Part shown: one piece after another, positions 1 through 9,119 of the stretch
Numbering within the stretch: position 1 is the first letter of the stretch
Layout of the letters: every line of letters starts with the position of its first letter
Assembly (NCBI GenBank): GCA_964631175.1
Contig: CAZVWH010000001.1
Span: 32,952 to 96,951, forward strand
Source: an uncultured Pirellulales bacterium
GTDB taxonomy: Bacteria > Planctomycetota > Phycisphaerae > Sedimentisphaerales > Anaerobacaceae
Direction of reading: 5' to 3'
DNA length: 64,000 bases
Position numbers and translations under genes: made by a program
Notes under the pieces: generated by a model
Database searches by the model: none
Seen by the model: only the letters and a program-made list of their open reading frames with translations
Told to the model about the DNA's origin: nothing

Positions 1-500
1 ATATCTGCTGCTTCCATCGCCTGGTCGAGGCGGATTCGGCCGGTGGACTTTTCAAGAAATTCGATGCCTTTTGCAATTGCTGCCGCTTTCTTCTCGCCAA
101 AGCCGGGTAGATCTGCAACAGAGCCATTCCGAATAGCATTTTTCAGCTCATCAATGCTTGTGACATTTATTTTTTCATAGACCGCTTTTACGCCTTTTGG
201 CCCCATACCCGGTATAGTGAGCAGCTCCAGCAAAGATGACGGTATCTTTTTTAGCAGTTCCTGATGCACAGTTATAGTGCCGGTTTTTATAAACTGCTCG
301 ATCTTGGCCAGGCTTGATTTTCCAATGCCGGGTATTTCTGCCAACCGGCCGGTCGTCAGAAGAGTCTCGACATCGGTGGGCATATCAGAGATAATGCGTG
401 CGACTTTTCGGTATGTATTGATGCGGAAACGGTCCTCGCCGACTATCTCCATGATATCGGCCATTTGGTTAAAAAGTACACTGAGGACTGCATTTTTCAT
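1..500 (-). CDS. Family X DNA polymerase (PolX), N-terminal part; gene continues past the left edge
   Basis: Absent from the ORF track because it is truncated. Reverse translation from ATG 500..498 gives MKNAVLSVLFNQMADIMEIVGEDRFRINTYRKVARIISDM..IPGIGKSSLAKIEQFI..IPGMGPKGVKAVYE..LPGFGEKKAAAIAKGIEF. These are serial helix-hairpin-helix GhG motifs as in bacterial PolX N-termini. Confidence 0.7.
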   Translation of the reverse strand, partial: MKNAVLSVLFNQMADIMEIVGEDRFRINTYRKVARIISDMPTDVETLLTTGRLAEIPGIGKSSLAKIEQFIKTGTITVHQELLKKIPSSLLELLTIPGMGPKGVKAVYEKINVTSIDELKNAIRNGSVADLPGFGEKKAAAIAKGIEFLEKSTGRIRLDQAMEAAD

Positions 501-643
501 ATATCTTATTATACGACTCAAAACCTAATAAGAAAGCTATCAAATAGAAAAAACAAATACTTAAAAAGGCCTAATAATTTTTTGCAGCATTATTTTACTG
601 CTTATGCTTGACAAGTTTAATCGAACACTCTAATTTCTGCGTT

Positions 644-1297
644 ATGAACAAGCTAAAACAATTGCTACCAAAAAAATTGATAACTAACAGCTTTCATAAA
701 TTGTATTATTACTCGAGAAAAACCACCTGGAATAGTACATCCTGGCTGGGCTTGCCTATAAGCAAGTGTCCGTTGGATTTGTGGACTTACCAGGAAATAA
801 TCTTTGAGGTTCAGCCGGATGTCATAATTGAGACAGGCACAGGCTCCGGCGGCAGCACTTTATTTTTTGCTTCGCTTTGTGAGTTGACGAATAAGGGCAA
901 AGTCATAAGCATAGAGCTTGGAGACATGTCAGACAAACCTCAGCACAAAAGAATTACTTACTTGCTCGGCTCATCCACATCGAAAGAAATCCTGCAACAA
1001 GTCCAACAGCTAATAAGCGATGATAAGAAGGTGCTCGTTAATCTTGATTCCGAGCACACCAAAAAACACGTTTTGGAGGAACTGAAGCTCTATAGCAAGT
1101 TAGTGACTGTCGGTAGTTACATCATCGTTGAAGATACCAACATAGGAGGACATCCCGTAAAACCAGATTACTATCCCGGCCCGATGGAAGCCGTAAAGGA
1201 ATTCCTGAAAACGAATTCTGATTTCATTATAGATAAGAACAGAGAAAAATTTTACCTGACTTTCAACCCAAACGGCTATCTCAAAAGAGTGAAATAA
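644..1297 (+). CDS. CmcI/cephalosporin-hydroxylase-family SAM-dependent O-methyltransferase
   Basis: LDLWTYQEIIFEVQPDVIIETGTGSGGSTLFFA (SAM-binding GxGxG), VLVNLDSEHTKKHVLEEL, IIVEDTN. The first ATG is at 644; the track start is a TTG at 608. Confidence 0.75.
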   Translation: MNKLKQLLPKKLITNSFHKLYYYSRKTTWNSTSWLGLPISKCPLDLWTYQEIIFEVQPDVIIETGTGSGGSTLFFASLCELTNKGKVISIELGDMSDKPQHKRITYLLGSSTSKEILQQVQQLISDDKKVLVNLDSEHTKKHVLEELKLYSKLVTVGSYIIVEDTNIGGHPVKPDYYPGPMEAVKEFLKTNSDFIIDKNREKFYLTFNPNGYLKRVK

Positions 1298-1348
1298 AAT
1301 AGTCTATTTAGAAACTCACAACCTATCACCGGTCCAAAAACAACACAA

Positions 1349-1579
1349 TCACCTGCGGAAATAGTGAATGAGCCACAAGATAAGCGTGAGCACAATTGAG
1401 ATTATTATACAGCTTGCTATCGGCAAATAGATACGCCAGTTTTTGCCGCCGAACTGCAAATCGCCGGGCAATTTAAATAGGCCTATCTTGCCAAGCACTA
1501 TCATAAATACTCCCAACAGCACTACAATAACACCGGCGGCAATTAACCACTTACCGATTTGTTGCGGACCAAAATCCAT
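1349..1579 (-). CDS. DUF2905-family small membrane protein
   Basis: Two TM helices with the KLPGDLQF..NWRIYLPIASCIIISIVLTLILWL pattern typical of DUF2905. Internal Met chosen as start. Confidence 0.7.
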   Translation of the reverse strand: MDFGPQQIGKWLIAAGVIVVLLGVFMIVLGKIGLFKLPGDLQFGGKNWRIYLPIASCIIISIVLTLILWLIHYFRR

Positions 1580-1646
1580 ACTTGACTTTCTGATACACAG
1601 TTTGGTCAACTCGAAGTGATCGTTCTGTGTTCACCATCTCTGTCCA

Positions 1647-2132
1647 TTATAGGTGGCTTTCCCTATTATTTACAGGCCACACTCTTTTCCCTATAGATTT
1701 GAATTTAGATATTCCTAATGCACCACGCTCATTTCTTGCCTTTGAACCCGGTCGCAAAAGTGCCTCAGTTACAGAAGCTCGATCTGCCTCAAATATTTCA
1801 ATCGGCTCTAAATCTTCATCTAATAGAACAAGAACTACAATATCCCAGTCTTTATCCAACTGGATTCTTCCAATTCTCGCACCAGGGTTTGCCTTTTGAG
1901 GAAGGCTTCTTCCTTTAATCTGTACCTTAATTTCCTTGTTATATTGCTTCTTTATTGCATCATATCCCGCCTGCCTTGCCTCAGTCAATTCAAGATTTAG
2001 CAACTTTGCAGCAGTGAACTCAGCTATTTCACCGGTGATTCCAAGAGGTTTTCCGGTTAGTTTTTTATAGCGCTTTGCTACCTTCTTGGCGTCTTCTAAA
2101 ACAGATTCAATCTCATACATATTAAGCATCAA
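1647..2132 (-). CDS. Hypothetical protein, possible PD-(D/E)xK-like nuclease fold
   Basis: Clean 161-aa ORF. GYDAI..(11 aa)..VQIKGR resembles a D..(E/Q)xK nuclease core. No confident family assignment. Confidence 0.35.
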   Translation of the reverse strand: MMLNMYEIESVLEDAKKVAKRYKKLTGKPLGITGEIAEFTAAKLLNLELTEARQAGYDAIKKQYNKEIKVQIKGRSLPQKANPGARIGRIQLDKDWDIVVLVLLDEDLEPIEIFEADRASVTEALLRPGSKARNERGALGISKFKSIGKRVWPVNNRESHL

Positions 2133-2301
2133 TTATCCTCAAACTTCTGGTAATTATTTCGGCGCAGTGCCAAACTGAAGTTGTCAATTCTTTCTCGTAC
2201 CTATTTTTGCCAAGATTCGGGAAGAAGGCAAGACATAAAATACCGCTCGCGACTCATGAACAGTAACTCAAGAGACGAGGAACGAGCGGCTTCACACGAA
2301 T

Positions 2302-3546
2302 TTACAAGTTATTCTTGCAGTTGGGATCCTGCGGATCATTACACCGCAGCCATTGATCAGCTAAATCGGCAATATTCTTCCAGCCAAAATTATCCAGCCA
2401 GGAGTTGGCTAAAAACGCCAGGTCGTAAAAATCTACGTAACAATCTTGTGTCCAGTCCGCCGTAAGGCCTAAGCCCAGGCGGTGAACGTCTGCGCAATTC
2501 GGCTCGGTCAGGCTCGGCCAACCATCCGGTGTCCAGAACAATTCGTGAATCCGCAGATAAGACCTGCCGTTATCTTGAGCATCATAAGCATGATGAAGAA
2601 GCCAGAACCTTCCATCATTATCCAGAAAAACTGCGTTGTGTCCCGGCCCCCTCCAGCGTTCATCGGGCCAGGTCAACTGTGTTCCACCACCTTTCATCAT
2701 TGATATGCCGTCTTGGTCTATGTATGGACCGGTGACACAGTTAGCTCGGCCAAACCTGACGTTGTAGGTGCTATTGACTCCCCAACAACAATAATCAAAC
2801 GAAACAAATAGATAATAATAACCATTGTGAAAAACAACAAATGGAGCTTCAATCGCGTTAGACGAAGTGATGCGTGATGCGATTGAATAAATCGCAGGCT
2901 GATCAGAAAGCGGATGTCCTGTAACAGGATTAATCTCCGTCAATTTGATGCCGCTCCAGAATGAGCCAAAGGTAAGCCAATATCTTGTCGTTTCGCCCTG
3001 GTTATCTATAAATAAGGCTGGGTCAATAGCGTTGTATCTACTGCTCCACGTCGTAGTTACAACAGGTTCGCCGCTGTCAATCCACTTATACGCCGGATCG
3101 CAAGGATCGAGCGTTGTATTGGTCGCCAAGCCTATAGCAGAAACATTTCTGCCAAAGGTCGAGACCGAATAATACAAGTGGTACCTGCCATCAAAATAGG
3201 AGATATCCGGGGCCCAAACACTGCTACCGGTGAACGCCGGTACCGCAGTGGAGACCCACTCTGGTATGCTTTCAAGTGCCCTACCAGCCGACTGCCAGTT
3301 ATGTAAATCCATCGATTTTAAAATTGGGATGCGCCTGCCCGTGTAAAATACATAGTAGGTATCGCCCTGTCGGGCCATAACCGGGTCGTGAACCCTGTAG
3401 CTGCCGGTCAACTCTTCGTACTTTGCCTCGACCGGCCCGGCTATCAGCGCTAATAGAACAACAATGGCGTAAGCCAAGCTATGCACCGAAAACGTAAAAA
3501 GAGGTTTAATGCTCACCGTTTCAGCCTCCGTTGGAACAAAATCCAT
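2302..3546 (-). CDS. Glycoside hydrolase family 43 (endo-arabinanase-like) with signal peptide and dockerin-like C-terminal tail
   Basis: HDPVMARQGDTYYVFYTG, WAPDISYFDGRYHLYYSVS, NAIDPALF, IEAPFVVFHNGYYYLFVSFD and GPGHNAVF are five-bladed propeller GH43 motifs. Tail: DCYVDFYDLAFLANSWL. Confidence 0.9.
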   Translation of the reverse strand: MDFVPTEAETVSIKPLFTFSVHSLAYAIVVLLALIAGPVEAKYEELTGSYRVHDPVMARQGDTYYVFYTGRRIPILKSMDLHNWQSAGRALESIPEWVSTAVPAFTGSSVWAPDISYFDGRYHLYYSVSTFGRNVSAIGLATNTTLDPCDPAYKWIDSGEPVVTTTWSSRYNAIDPALFIDNQGETTRYWLTFGSFWSGIKLTEINPVTGHPLSDQPAIYSIASRITSSNAIEAPFVVFHNGYYYLFVSFDYCCWGVNSTYNVRFGRANCVTGPYIDQDGISMMKGGGTQLTWPDERWRGPGHNAVFLDNDGRFWLLHHAYDAQDNGRSYLRIHELFWTPDGWPSLTEPNCADVHRLGLGLTADWTQDCYVDFYDLAFLANSWLDNFGWKNIADLADQWLRCNDPQDPNCKNNL

Positions 3547-3611
3547 CTACATAACACGTACATAATATTATAACAGTTTCAAGAATTGCACAAAGTGTTA
3601 AAATATTTCTT

Positions 3612-4352
3612 ATGGGAAAAGCTGCTTGTAATATCCGAATAGGCACATCAGGTTGGCATTACAGCCACTGGACGGGGCCTTTTTATCCAGCAGAATTGCC
3701 AAAAAATAAGTGGTTAGAGTATTATACGCAGCATTTCGATACGGTTGAAATAAATAACACTTTCTATCATCAACCAAAACAGCAAACCTTCAAAAACTGG
3801 CGGAAACAAGCCCCTAAAAATTTTCTCTTTACGGTAAAGGCCCATCGATTTATCACTCACATTAAAAGGCTCAAAGACCCACAAGAGCCGCTTGAAAGAT
3901 TCTTCGCCGGTGCCCAACTCTTAAAAAGTAACCTTGGGCCTATTCTTTATCAGTTGCCGCCGAGCATGCACAAAGACCTTTCTCGGCTGGAAAGTTTTAT
4001 CAAGTCCCTTCCCAAAAGAAAAACCAGTATTTTTGAGTTTAGACACACCAGCTGGTTTTCAGACGACACTTACGAGCTGCTTAATAAATTTAGCATCGGC
4101 TTTTGCACTCACGATTTGGTCGGTGTCCCTACACCTCGCGTAATAACAGGCGGCGTAATTTACCTGCGCTTTCACGGCCCAACCGGAAAATACCAAGGCA
4201 ATTACACTAAGGCTATGCTAAAAAACTGGGCCGACTGGATAAAAAAGCATATCAAAGAAGTCCACAATATCTACGCTTATTTTAACAATGATATCGATGG
4301 CCACGCTATCGAAAATGCGAAGACATTAAAAGAACAATTGGGTATCTTGTGA
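3612..4352 (+). CDS. DUF72 (YecE-like) family protein
   Basis: IGTSGWHYSHWTGPFYP..WLEYYTQHFDTVEINNTFY..YLRFHG is a canonical DUF72 pattern. Confidence 0.9.
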   Translation: MGKAACNIRIGTSGWHYSHWTGPFYPAELPKNKWLEYYTQHFDTVEINNTFYHQPKQQTFKNWRKQAPKNFLFTVKAHRFITHIKRLKDPQEPLERFFAGAQLLKSNLGPILYQLPPSMHKDLSRLESFIKSLPKRKTSIFEFRHTSWFSDDTYELLNKFSIGFCTHDLVGVPTPRVITGGVIYLRFHGPTGKYQGNYTKAMLKNWADWIKKHIKEVHNIYAYFNNDIDGHAIENAKTLKEQLGIL

Positions 4353-4454
4353 AGTATGAATTGTACAGTGAATGCAATGTAACCTTTGCTCAACGAACGA
4401 CAAAGTAGCTCCTTCAAACTCGTTTTGAGATGATTTTTATATGAAATTCAACTA

Positions 4455-5345
4455 TTAAAGTAAGTTCAATTCTTTTTCGATTGCATACTGGCGGACACTG
4501 CCAATTTCTTCAAGTGTAGGTCTGCGATTTATTTTGGGGTGCGAAGAAGCCTTGTAGCAGGGACGATACTGATCCATCACGTTGATGGTAGTTTTTGGAC
4601 TAACCTGCTCCGCTAAAAAGTCTATAATCTCGAAGCTGCCAGCAAAGTTGTCCGGCAAAACTAAATGTCTTACTAAAAGGCCGCGTGTCGCCAAGCCTTT
4701 TTCTACCTGAAGGTCACCAACCTGGCGGTGCATCTCTTTGACAGCTTCTCGGTTTACCTCTGGATAGTCCGGCGCAGCAGAAAGCTGCTGGGCAACTTTA
4801 GAATCTGAATATTTCATATCCGGCATATAAATATCAATGTAGCCCTCAAGTAACCTGAGCGTTTCAACCGAATCATAGCCGCCGGTATTATAGACCGTAG
4901 GCAGTGACAAGCCGTTCTTTCTGGCTAATTCAATCGCTGCTACAATAGCAGGGACAACGTGGGTAGGAGTGACAAAATTTATATTACAGCAGCCGTAGCT
5001 TTGCAGCTCGAGCATAGATTTAGCTAACTTCTCAATAGTCACTTTGCGTCCGTGACAATGATGACTAATATCGAAATTCTGGCAGAAGATACAGCCTAAG
5101 TTGCAGCCGGCAAAAAAAATAGTGCCCGAGCCGCCCGTGCCGACAAGCACGCTTTCCTCGCCGAAATGTGGTCCTACAGAGCTAACTACCGGTAAACGAG
5201 CGATGCCGCAAAAACCAACCTCGCCCTTGCTGCGATAGACTTTGCAGTTACGCGGACAAAGCGTGCATGGATTTATCCGCTGCCACAAATGCTTAACGGT
5301 TTGGCTAAAAGAATCAAGGTCGGTCGGCAGAGATGTCATATTCAA
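4455..5345 (-). CDS. Radical SAM protein (PflX / pyruvate formate-lyase activase-like)
   Basis: CxxxCxxC cluster FFAGCNLGCIFCQN plus N-terminal CTLCPRNCKV..GFCG. TTG start. Confidence 0.85.
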   Translation of the reverse strand: MNMTSLPTDLDSFSQTVKHLWQRINPCTLCPRNCKVYRSKGEVGFCGIARLPVVSSVGPHFGEESVLVGTGGSGTIFFAGCNLGCIFCQNFDISHHCHGRKVTIEKLAKSMLELQSYGCCNINFVTPTHVVPAIVAAIELARKNGLSLPTVYNTGGYDSVETLRLLEGYIDIYMPDMKYSDSKVAQQLSAAPDYPEVNREAVKEMHRQVGDLQVEKGLATRGLLVRHLVLPDNFAGSFEIIDFLAEQVSPKTTINVMDQYRPCYKASSHPKINRRPTLEEIGSVRQYAIEKELNLL

Positions 5346-5363
5346 CCCTTTGTTTGATCAAAA

Positions 5364-5412
5364 CCCCCAAATAAACCTGTCCTGAGCTAAGCCGAAGGAT
5401 TTGGGGGCTAAA
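5364..5412 (+). repeat. REP-like element (stem-loop + CTAAA), intergenic
   Basis: CCCCCAAAT-AAACCTGTCCTGAGCTAAGCCGAAGG-ATTTGGGGG-CTAAA. Confidence 0.7.
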
Positions 5413-5422
5413 CAACCAAGCA

Positions 5423-5890
5423 TCAATCGGCAAGCAACTCCGGTGTCACCACCCAATCGATTTGCCATTTATCTGCTTCGGAACAATTCAGGCACACAAT
5501 GCCGGCGTTCTTAAAAGTCACTATGTTGGTCAATTCGCAATCGGTCAAAAGCACCGAAGCCAGCCCGCCGAGAAAAGGCAGATGCCCAACAATCATAATA
5601 TCATTAGCAGCAAAGGCAAGCTCGGTTCTTAATGCCGTGACATCATCGGTCGGGCCAAGACCTTCGTGCACGGTTGGTGTTTTATTTACCTTGATAACTT
5701 TAGCCAAAACCTCAGCAGTCTGGACAGCCCGTTTCTTTCCACTGTGCCATAAATAATCAACACATAAATTCAAAGGTTTAATGAACCGGGCTATTTTCTG
5801 CATGTCCCGCAGACCTTCTTCGGTCAGTGACCTTTCTGGGTCTAATTCTTTTGGAGCTGCCTTTGCATGTTGGACCAGGTATAGTTTCAC
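5423..5890 (-). CDS. sixA: SixA-like histidine phosphatase family protein
   Basis: MKLYLVQHAKA (phosphatase His), LTEEGLRD, SGKKRAVQTAEVLA, IMIVGHLPFL. Confidence 0.75.
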   Translation of the reverse strand: MKLYLVQHAKAAPKELDPERSLTEEGLRDMQKIARFIKPLNLCVDYLWHSGKKRAVQTAEVLAKVIKVNKTPTVHEGLGPTDDVTALRTELAFAANDIMIVGHLPFLGGLASVLLTDCELTNIVTFKNAGIVCLNCSEADKWQIDWVVTPELLAD

Positions 5891-6052
5891 TCTTCAATCT
5901 CCCATATAGAAAAATCGTTTAACTTTATTATAGCACTATCCTTCACTTTAACAATCTTGCGGACGGCTGCAGGTAATCTTAAGGCCTTTTGATATTGTGT
6001 GAATGCCAAATTTAATGTATATTGATATGTACAGAAAGATGGTTAAAAAATA

Positions 6053-6676
6053 ATGGCAAAAAATCCCAAATTGACAGAACAGAACACGGATTTGGCGCAT
6101 CCGGAAAATCAGCCGAAAACCTCTAAACAGATGCTATCGCACTCAGAAAGCAAGCAGGATTCGCTTGCAGCCCGCCTTAGGGCCGGCGAGCATGCAGCCG
6201 CAATCGAGCTTGTTGATAAAAACTACCAACAGATATATGTGTTTATGAGGAGGCTCGGTCATAGTTCTCAGGTAAGTGAAGATCTGACCCAAGAGACATT
6301 CTTACAGGCCTGGCACCATATAGGCCAACTAAGAGACAGCAAGGCGCTGAGCAGCTGGCTATATCGTATTGCCAGCAATGTATCAAAGCTTTATTGGCGT
6401 AAGCATAAAGGCAAGGAAATAACCGAAATAGAATTAACTGTTCCGCTGGTTAGCGGTATCACTGAACATCACAGAGTTGAATATAATGAAAACTTGAGCC
6501 GGTTGAAAATTGCTGTTGACAAACTTCCCTGGAAGCTGAAACAGACTATAATCTTACATTATATACAGCATTTAAGTATCGCCGAAGCCGCCGAGGCAGC
6601 AGATATAAGGCAAGGCACTTTCAAAAGCAGACTTAACAGAGCATTAAAAATTCTGAGAAAGCACATTGCCGATTAA
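6053..6676 (+). CDS. ECF-type RNA polymerase sigma-70 factor
   Basis: Region 2 (DLTQETFLQAWHHI, WLYRIASN) and region 4 HTH (LSIAEAAEAADIRQGTFKSRLNRA). Confidence 0.9.
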   Translation: MAKNPKLTEQNTDLAHPENQPKTSKQMLSHSESKQDSLAARLRAGEHAAAIELVDKNYQQIYVFMRRLGHSSQVSEDLTQETFLQAWHHIGQLRDSKALSSWLYRIASNVSKLYWRKHKGKEITEIELTVPLVSGITEHHRVEYNENLSRLKIAVDKLPWKLKQTIILHYIQHLSIAEAAEAADIRQGTFKSRLNRALKILRKHIAD

Positions 6677-6690
6677 ACAGCAGGTCAGAG

Positions 6691-7227
6691 ATGAGAGAAG
6701 AGCAATTAAAAAAATCGCTAAATGAATTGGCAAAAGCCACTGCAGAGCCTGTTCGTCCCAACCTCGCTGAGGATATAAAGAATCACATCCCAGGCACACT
6801 TAATCCACATAGACACGGTATGGATACCATCAATATTATTATAGACTTAAGAATAAATAAATTAGCCGCGGCGGCAATAATAATTACGATGATGATTCTA
6901 CTGGCGAGCTTCTTCAGCGGGCAGGATTCACTGGAAAACGGCATTTATCAAGACAGCAAGATGTTGTTAACATATATTCTGCGAAGCCGGATTGATAGAA
7001 GCGATTTATTGTCAATCAAGTCAAGATATAGTCACTTGCTTAGCAAAGGCGTGCAGGCAGAATATTATGGCGACAAAGAGTACTTGAACGATAGCAATGC
7101 GGTGCTATTGCAGTGGAAACTTCCCAACGGCAATTACACCATAATCACCGGAGATTTACGGGAAAGAACCGTCAGTCCCGAAGAACTAATAGAACTATTG
7201 GGCAAAATGCTGCAAGAGAAAATATAA
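6691..7227 (+). CDS. Putative anti-sigma factor (single-pass membrane protein)
   Basis: Starts 15 nt after the ECF sigma gene. One TM helix (LAAAAIIITMMILLASFF). Called by position only. Confidence 0.4.
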   Translation: MREEQLKKSLNELAKATAEPVRPNLAEDIKNHIPGTLNPHRHGMDTINIIIDLRINKLAAAAIIITMMILLASFFSGQDSLENGIYQDSKMLLTYILRSRIDRSDLLSIKSRYSHLLSKGVQAEYYGDKEYLNDSNAVLLQWKLPNGNYTIITGDLRERTVSPEELIELLGKMLQEKI

Positions 7228-7331
7228 TCCCTCTAGAAATATATCTACATACTGCCTGAATTTCCGCACATTTTGTTGTAACATAATCATAGTAATTATT
7301 ATTAATACAATTAACAAAAGGAGTAATAACT

Positions 7332-8105
7332 ATAAGCAAAAGAAGAGGGTTTACACTTATTGAGCTTTTGGTGGTGATCTCAATCATTGCGCTGTTAATG
7401 GCGATATTAATGCCGACGTTACAGAGTGTGAAGAATCAAGCAAGAGCGGTAGCCTGTCAGGCAAACCTACGCCAATGGAGTCTCATCTGGTCGATGTACA
7501 CAAACGATAATAACGGTTATTTTGATGTGGGTCTCGGCGGTGAGAGCCAAACGGGCAGGGACAGGTGGACTTATACTTTGCGGGACTACTATAAAGATCC
7601 TAAGATGGGTTTATGCCCTATGGCCACAAAACCTTTATCAGAGGGAGGTGTAAATCCATTCGCGGCCTGGGGCAAATTTAGCGATCATAGTTACGCCAGC
7701 TACGGTGAAAACGAGTGGCTTTGCAATCGAGGTTCAGGTGCTATAGGCGGCAACTTAGAAAACTACTGGAAGAATATTGACGTTAAACCCACTGAAAATA
7801 TACCGCTTTTTCTTGATTGCTTTTGGTACGATGTTTGGCCGTTCGATATTGATATACCACCGGCTTATGATGGATCTACGGAAGGTTTCACCGGTAGTAA
7901 TGAAATGAGGCGTGTCTGCCTTAACCGGCACAAAGCGGTGGTAAATAGCGCATTTTTGGATTGGTCTGTCAGAAAAGTCGGGCTGAAACAATTGTGGACA
8001 CTCAAATGGCATCGTAACTTCAACGTAAACGGTCCTTGGACCCAAGTCGGTGGTGTCCAGCCGGAAGACTGGCCGGAATGGATGAGAGGTTTTAAAGATT
8101 ATTAA
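7332..8105 (+). CDS. Prepilin-type N-terminal cleavage/methylation domain protein (DUF1559-like pseudopilin)
   Basis: The frame stays open upstream of the track start and encodes (I)SKRRG|FTLIELLVVISIIALLMAILMP. AAGGAG lies at 7318-7323, 8 nt before codon 7332 (ATA). There is no ATG/GTG/TTG before the GFTLIE motif. Confidence 0.75.
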   Translation: MSKRRGFTLIELLVVISIIALLMAILMPTLQSVKNQARAVACQANLRQWSLIWSMYTNDNNGYFDVGLGGESQTGRDRWTYTLRDYYKDPKMGLCPMATKPLSEGGVNPFAAWGKFSDHSYASYGENEWLCNRGSGAIGGNLENYWKNIDVKPTENIPLFLDCFWYDVWPFDIDIPPAYDGSTEGFTGSNEMRRVCLNRHKAVVNSAFLDWSVRKVGLKQLWTLKWHRNFNVNGPWTQVGGVQPEDWPEWMRGFKDY

Positions 8106-8129
8106 AAAGAAAAACAGTATAAAAAAAAA

Positions 8130-8156
8130 GCTGGTCTTCCACACCAGCCTTTTATT
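8130..8156. terminator. Bidirectional rho-independent terminator
   Basis: A9-GCTGGT-cttccac-ACCAGC-CTTTTATT between convergent genes 7332..8105 (+) and 8224..8802 (-). Confidence 0.7.
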
Positions 8157-8223
8157 AATTCACTGTTGAGAACAACTCTTTCCCACATCCATTAGGTCCA
8201 AGCCTAATTTAACCGGTGCGGGA

Positions 8224-8802
8224 CTAATATATGATAGCGATGGCTTCTTCTATCTTCTTGATGACACCGGTGATATCCGAAAAGTCGGATATACAGCCAT
8301 CGAAGCCCTTCTTTAACAATGCAGTGTACTCGGAATCGCTCAGATGATTCGCAAGGGCTATAACTTTAATGGTCTGTAAATCCTCATCGGTACGGATACT
8401 TCTGCAAATGCCTGCCGCATCTACATCATCAGCCAAGAGGTTTACCAGCAAAACGTGAGGAGCAAATCTATGAGCAATCGCACCAGTTTCAAAATCGCTC
8501 CGAACGGTTTGCACATCATAACCTGCTTTGGTTTTCAAAGTCTCGGCTAAAGCTGAAGATGCTTCCTCGTTGCTATCTACTATTAGGACCCGGATTTTGC
8601 CAACCGGCAAACCCCCTGTTGGCATATTATGCACCTTCATAAAGCGGATTAGCTCACTCAATGGTATTCTACGGTCTTTACTGCCGGGTATGCGATAACC
8701 CTTCAGCTGGCCGGTGTCAAACCATTTTGAAACTGTTCGAGCAGCAACGTTGCAAATCTTAGCCACATCACCCGTCGTTAGTACATTTTTTCCCTTTGCC
8801 AT
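8224..8802 (-). CDS. HTH (excisionase/MerR-like) DNA-binding protein fused to a degenerate receiver domain
   Basis: N-terminal LTTGDVAKICNVAARTVSKWFDTGQLKGYRIPGS.DRRI, then a CheY-like fold (RVLIVDSNEE..HVLLVNLLADD..KVIALANH). Confidence 0.75.
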   Translation of the reverse strand: MAKGKNVLTTGDVAKICNVAARTVSKWFDTGQLKGYRIPGSKDRRIPLSELIRFMKVHNMPTGGLPVGKIRVLIVDSNEEASSALAETLKTKAGYDVQTVRSDFETGAIAHRFAPHVLLVNLLADDVDAAGICRSIRTDEDLQTIKVIALANHLSDSEYTALLKKGFDGCISDFSDITGVIKKIEEAIAIIY

Positions 8803-9063
8803 TTTTTTTAGCCCTATTACTTAGGGTATTTACATTGCTTTTTACTCGGCCTTAAAGCAAAGGCCGTTTACACAAAAAGCACATTTCTCAATCTTTTCCA
8901 CAATAAACCGTTATCTTTGAGGCTCCACGTCCCATAAACGCTTCTCATTTCTTATATTTCGCTCGGATTGCCTACTTACCAAGCAGTGACGTTAATAAGC
9001 CTCTGAAAATGTTTTTGATTTATTAATTCCAAGCAGTAAAATTCAAACTTGAAGATTATGATG

Positions 9064-9089
9064 TTTAGCCCCCACCCTTGTGGTGGGGG
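9064..9089 (-). repeat. REP-like hairpin with TTTAG tail
   Basis: TTTAG-CCCCCACC-cttg-tGGTGGGGG. Confidence 0.6.
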
Positions 9090-9119
9090 TAATTGGTTCT
9101 TTTTAACAAGGATTTTATC

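Noticed and set aside
277-528. ORF 277..528 (+)
   Set aside because: It is antisense to the clearly recognisable PolX N-terminal coding sequence on the minus strand.
608-646. Leaderless transcript for the CmcI-like gene (TTGACA at 608, TAATTT 17 nt later, ATG at 644)
   Set aside because: The -10 hexamer matches only 3 of 6 positions, and the TTG at 608 is an equally possible start codon. The sequence alone cannot discriminate.
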